A stretch of DNA of 64,000 bases, taken from assembly GCA_029856125.1 (NCBI GenBank), contig JAHQWJ010000139.1, positions 1 through 64,000 of the forward strand. The letters are read 5' to 3'. The DNA is from Promethearchaeia archaeon (GTDB lineage Archaea > Asgardarchaeota > Lokiarchaeia > Sigyniarchaeales > SOKP01). Below, one piece after another: positions 60,390-64,000 of the stretch. Within the stretch, counting starts at the first letter, position 1; the number at the start of each line of letters is the position of its first letter. Below the pieces are notes generated by a model. It was not told the DNA's origin. It worked only from the letters and a program-made list of their open reading frames with translations, and did not search any database. The translations under genes were made by a program, and so were the position numbers.

Positions 60390-60902
60390 TCAAAATCTAC
60401 TTAACATCATTCTTGTTAATTTTTCAAACGATTCTTCTACATTTTCACCCGTCTTGCTAGAGCATTCAGTGAAACCGCTAAAACCCTTTGCTTTAGCAAA
60501 TTTTTTACCTTCTTTAAAAGGAATTTCTCTAATTATATCTAAATCCGCTTTACCACCAAGTAAAACAAGTGGAAATCGTTCCTTTTTACCGTTTATAACG
60601 GATAACCATTCGTCAATGTGAATAAGAGAAGGATAATGTGTAATATCGTACATTAATATCCCTCCCATTGTACCATTTAAATATTCAGGCATCATGAATC
60701 GAAATCTTTCCTCACCACCAAAATCCCAGATCATTAACTTTATGGTTTTTCCATCAACCTCAAAAGTTTTAGTTTCAAAGTCAACTCCGATAGTCATCTG
60801 AGAATCTGATATGAATAAATCTGTTTTAAATCTTTTTGTTAGTGTTGTTTTTCCACTACCCGCATCACCGAAAATGATAATTTTAAAAATTGCGTCAAGC
60901 AT
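60390..60902 (-). CDS. Rab-like small GTPase (variant G3/G4)
   Basis: GDAGSGKT, TIGVDF, WDFGGEERF, GGKAD, ECSSKTGENV. Confidence 0.92.
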   Translation of the reverse strand: MLDAIFKIIIFGDAGSGKTTLTKRFKTDLFISDSQMTIGVDFETKTFEVDGKTIKLMIWDFGGEERFRFMMPEYLNGTMGGILMYDITHYPSLIHIDEWLSVINGKKERFPLVLLGGKADLDIIREIPFKEGKKFAKAKGFSGFTECSSKTGENVEESFEKLTRMMLSRF

Positions 60903-61251
60903 GATATCCTAATTAAAACTCTTTAATTTTTTTAACCAACTTTGTTGAAAGTGTATTATCTTTATGAAACTTGCCCCGCCGTAATGTTTCTCTTAAACAC
61001 GCCTTTTTTGTAAAAAAATAATACAAATATAGACATAATAATTTTAATATTTAAATCTTTTCTAATTCTTTAACCCGTTTTTCATTTTTTTCACGCTGAT
61101 TAATAGTAAAATTAAATTCCGTAAGACACATACGACTTTTTCCTTTTTGTCCTATGAATTGAGGGAAAAAATTAACACATATCTAAATTTCTAAATGTAT
61201 TCTTTATAATTGCCAAAATAAAAAAAAATAGAGTTTAATGTTTATGTTAAA

Positions 61252-61587
61252 TTAATCGGGTACTTTAAGCCCTACAAGGGCCATAGATTCTACTAGTGTT
61301 GCCATTGTGTGTATTGTCGAATTCACGCCCTCAATTTCAGAGTAACCGGCTAAAATTTCATTAAGCCAATCAAAAGCGGCTTCAAGTTTTCCTTCCTTTA
61401 CTTCGAAAATCGATATAACTTTAATACCATATTTGGTTCTCATTAACGCGCCAGCTAATACCGTTTTTCCAATGCTTTTATCTGCAGGATGTTTCTTCAT
61501 AACTTCAAGAAACTTCTTTCCAACTTCCTCTCCCTTAACGGGAGGAAACCATACTGTCGAAAACAAATAACCCATAAATTTCACCAT
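61252..61587 (-). CDS. Hypothetical protein; paralog of 35031..35357
   Basis: WFPP, EVKEGKLEAA, ES..LVGLKVP. Confidence 0.65.
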   Translation of the reverse strand: MVKFMGYLFSTVWFPPVKGEEVGKKFLEVMKKHPADKSIGKTVLAGALMRTKYGIKVISIFEVKEGKLEAAFDWLNEILAGYSEIEGVNSTIHTMATLVESMALVGLKVPD

Positions 61588-61738
61588 AAATTAATTTGTA
61601 TTGAAATTAATCGAGTTTTATTAGAAATTCGCAATGATAAGAATGCGAATCATCTATTTAAACTTTTAGATTATCGTCAAGAATGTAATAAGAAGAAATT
61701 TACAATATACAAGGAATTGTAAAGAGGAGAGAAACGTT

Positions 61739-62245
61739 TTATTTTTCTCTTAATTGAAGCATGAGATCAAATTTCATATTAATTGTGTTTTTCTCAACTA
61801 AAGTAGAATACCAGTTTAAATATTCCTCAAAACCTAATTCATATCCATATTCTCCTTTCGTTTCACCAATATACTGATGTTCGCTATTTTCAACCCATTT
61901 CCATAATCCTGGCCAGATAATACTCATTTCTTCCACTCCGTTGCATTTAACCACTGCATAAAGTCCTCCCGGTATTAAACGGACTGGTACTTCGCTCTCT
62001 ACTTTAGTATTGGGTGGAATTGTTATATATATCCCATATCCATGTGGCTCAGGGTTTTCCGTTGGATAAATATTTCTACCAAAAATCCGAATATTTGAAT
62101 CAATTTGCAGAAATCCTCTCTCTTTAACCCAAGATTCTGCTTTATTCCAAGCATCTTCTTCCGGGGTATTTGAGAGGGAATAGAAAAACGCTGCACGCAT
62201 ATCTTCCAACTTTTTAAGTCTAACTTTAATTTTTTCACTCATCAT
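61739..62245 (-). CDS. GyrI-like effector-binding domain protein
   Basis: PEEDAW, RIFG, IPGGLYAV, W..LWKWV. Confidence 0.75.
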   Translation of the reverse strand: MMSEKIKVRLKKLEDMRAAFFYSLSNTPEEDAWNKAESWVKERGFLQIDSNIRIFGRNIYPTENPEPHGYGIYITIPPNTKVESEVPVRLIPGGLYAVVKCNGVEEMSIIWPGLWKWVENSEHQYIGETKGEYGYELGFEEYLNWYSTLVEKNTINMKFDLMLQLREK

Positions 62246-62483
62246 TCTTGCTCCGTTTAATTATAAACTTCTTTTTAGAACTATACAAGTGCTACTATTG
62301 ATTTCTATTAAATTTTAACAATACCGTCTTAAGAAATCTAATTTATAGTATTTTTTATTGTTTGTTCTTAAGCTCACAAATTTGAAGAATTGTTTGGTAG
62401 ATAATTTAGCTTTATAACATAAGATTTCTTAAAGTAAAGTAAAACCTTTACGATAAATATTAAAATTATTAGAGGGAATCAGG

Positions 62484-62669
62484 TTGCCAGATTATGAAGT
62501 TAAGGTAAAATTCCACATTTTTCCATATAGGAAATTCAAAATAGGCGCTAAAAATGAAGAGGAAGCAAGAGAAATCGCAACTGATCAGGCCCAACATATC
62601 ATTGACACTTTAGATTTTAGCATAACTGATATAAAGGCAAAGAAATACCTCATGGACAAATTTCTGTGA
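62484..62669 (+). CDS. Small hypothetical protein
   Basis: GAGGG upstream of TTG; AKNEEEAREIA helix. Confidence 0.5.
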   Translation: MPDYEVKVKFHIFPYRKFKIGAKNEEEAREIATDQAQHIIDTLDFSITDIKAKKYLMDKFL

Positions 62670-62675
62670 AAATTA

Positions 62676-63098
62676 TTATTTCTCTAGCATTTCTTTAAGC
62701 GGTTCCCAATAATAAGTTTCCCATCCTTCTTTCACAGATTCATAAGACGCTTCAGGAATGTCTATATGCGTAAATTTTATCAAAGTTCCCTTATCATCGG
62801 GTTCAAAGATGAGTGTAATTGTAGAATAATACCCCTTTGGCCAATTCTCGCCATCACCACGCCATGTTTGGACTATCTTCTTATCTTGGATTAATTCGAC
62901 ATTTTTTCCACTTAATGCTCCTTCGAATATTGAAAAACTTCCACCAATTTTACGACTTACCTTAGCTTTGCTCTCAGTTAATTTAGAATGTTTTTTTGTA
63001 TCCATAAACACTTCATAAATTTCATGAGGGGTGCCCTTAATTTTTATTTCCTGTTCAATACTTTTTTTCTTATTCATCATGATCATCTCTTTAGACAT
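62676..63098 (-). CDS. SRPBCC/Aha1 C-terminal-like domain protein
   Basis: GGSFSIFEG..GKNVEL...KIVQTWR..WP.G.YS, GWETYYW. Confidence 0.8.
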   Translation of the reverse strand: MSKEMIMMNKKKSIEQEIKIKGTPHEIYEVFMDTKKHSKLTESKAKVSRKIGGSFSIFEGALSGKNVELIQDKKIVQTWRGDGENWPKGYYSTITLIFEPDDKGTLIKFTHIDIPEASYESVKEGWETYYWEPLKEMLEK

Positions 63099-63139
63099 AC
63101 CTAAATTGATTACAACAAAAAATTGAAAAATAAAAAAAA

Positions 63140-63664
63140 TTATTTAGCGATTAAAACATCCACGTTCACGTGATTAATAACATACTCAGGGACCGTACCG
63201 ACAAACGTACGTCTTAACTTTGAATGTTTCCCTCCACATCCTAACACAACAAGATCAAACCCTTCTTCTTTTACCCTTTCTTCAATGTAATACTCTGGTC
63301 CAAAGTCAAAAATCCTTCTGGTTTCGACTTTTAATCCTTTGCTCTCAAATTTTTTCTTAATATCATCTAAGAGTTTAGTTCCCTCTTTAACAATATCGGT
63401 GTGGATCTCATAACTTAATGACGTGTCAGGTATATGACTTACCCCAAAGGCGGGTCTCATTTCTGAAATGTGGTGCAAAAACGAGTGGAACAATACAACT
63501 TCAGAGTTAGTTTCTTTCTGTATCTCGATTACTTTATCAACAGCTTTCGTCGAATTTTCAGAATTGTCAACGCCTAGCAATATTTTTTTAAACATTTTAT
63601 TCATCTCTATTATAATTATTTGTCTAATTATTAGACGCATAACTACCCGTATAAAGCTCTCCAT
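63140..63664 (-). CDS. Universal stress protein (true start probably downstream, near MFKKILLGVD)
   Basis: KKILLGVDNS, DLVVLG..G, FVGTVPEYV. Confidence 0.85.
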   Translation of the reverse strand: MESFIRVVMRLIIRQIIIIEMNKMFKKILLGVDNSENSTKAVDKVIEIQKETNSEVVLFHSFLHHISEMRPAFGVSHIPDTSLSYEIHTDIVKEGTKLLDDIKKKFESKGLKVETRRIFDFGPEYYIEERVKEEGFDLVVLGCGGKHSKLRRTFVGTVPEYVINHVNVDVLIAK

Positions 63665-63817
63665 TATAGATTATTAAAGAGTTCTATTTCTGATAGTAGA
63701 TTCATAATAATAAGACCACCAGAATTAATGATTTATAAAATTCAAATAAAAGACGATTTTAAATAATACTACATATTCAATCAACTAATTTTCATAAAAA
63801 AAAAGAGTGGAGTCTAT

Positions 63818-64000
63818 ATGGGACATAAATTTGGATACTACTCCTTAGATTTGCCTTTAGAAGAAGTCCTCAATAGAACAAACTCATTTTGGGCAAATAA
63901 TAGCGGAAAAATTAACAGTCAAATAAAATCACCAAATTCGCTAATATATACCCTTATTATCCAGCGCGATATATCTATGATGTCGTACGGAGAAACGTAC
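63818..64000 (+). CDS. Partial ORF running off the window end
   Basis: GGAG upstream; MGHKFGYYSLDLP... open for 61 codons. Confidence 0.5.
   Translation, partial: MGHKFGYYSLDLPLEEVLNRTNSFWANNSGKINSQIKSPNSLIYTLIIQRDISMMSYGETY

Noticed and set aside
60960-61036. GC-richer patch and short ORF upstream of the GTPase as a riboswitch or uORF
   Set aside because: Only a 5-bp GAAAC/GTTTC stem; no known riboswitch consensus
2171-63677. Numerous short ORFs antisense to or nested in well-supported genes (e.g. 2713, 3237, 4529, 40854, 52270, 59143)
   Set aside because: Shadow ORFs with no motifs, overlapping confident CDS
1-64000. tRNA/rRNA genes, integrase or provirus
   Set aside because: No GC-rich cloverleaf or rRNA-like segment, and no integrase, capsid or terminase motifs seen by eye

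Overview
AT-rich archaeal chromosomal window, most consistent with an Asgard archaeon (Lokiarchaeia-like). This is inferred from two Rab-like small GTPases, a gelsolin-domain protein, a RING-variant protein, membrane-anchored longin/roadblock-like proteins, an IPGY-type C-terminal sorting signal and GGTGA-type ribosome-binding sites. It holds about 60 CDS and no recognisable rRNA, tRNA or CRISPR array. Main contents: a leuA-leuC-leuD operon; a sulfatase-flanked radical SAM/methyltransferase/glycosyltransferase cluster; four DNA methyltransferases with no restriction partner in the window, one paired with a Mig/MutY-type glycosylase; iorAB; a stand-alone TnpB with a rearranged RuvC site; and a ~1.4 kb EPVYE tandem-repeat protein. 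The top finding is missing from the ORF track: a 32-codon leader ORF (6231->6133, minus strand; MLLQKTTRIESRNSFKQFYPFLLLLNLLLLLL*) ending in 10 Leu out of 11 codons. It is followed by a segment with alternative pairings and lies 90 nt upstream of leuA, making it a candidate leucine-sensing, ribosome-mediated attenuator in an archaeon. All family assignments come from motif recognition by eye; no database searches were run.
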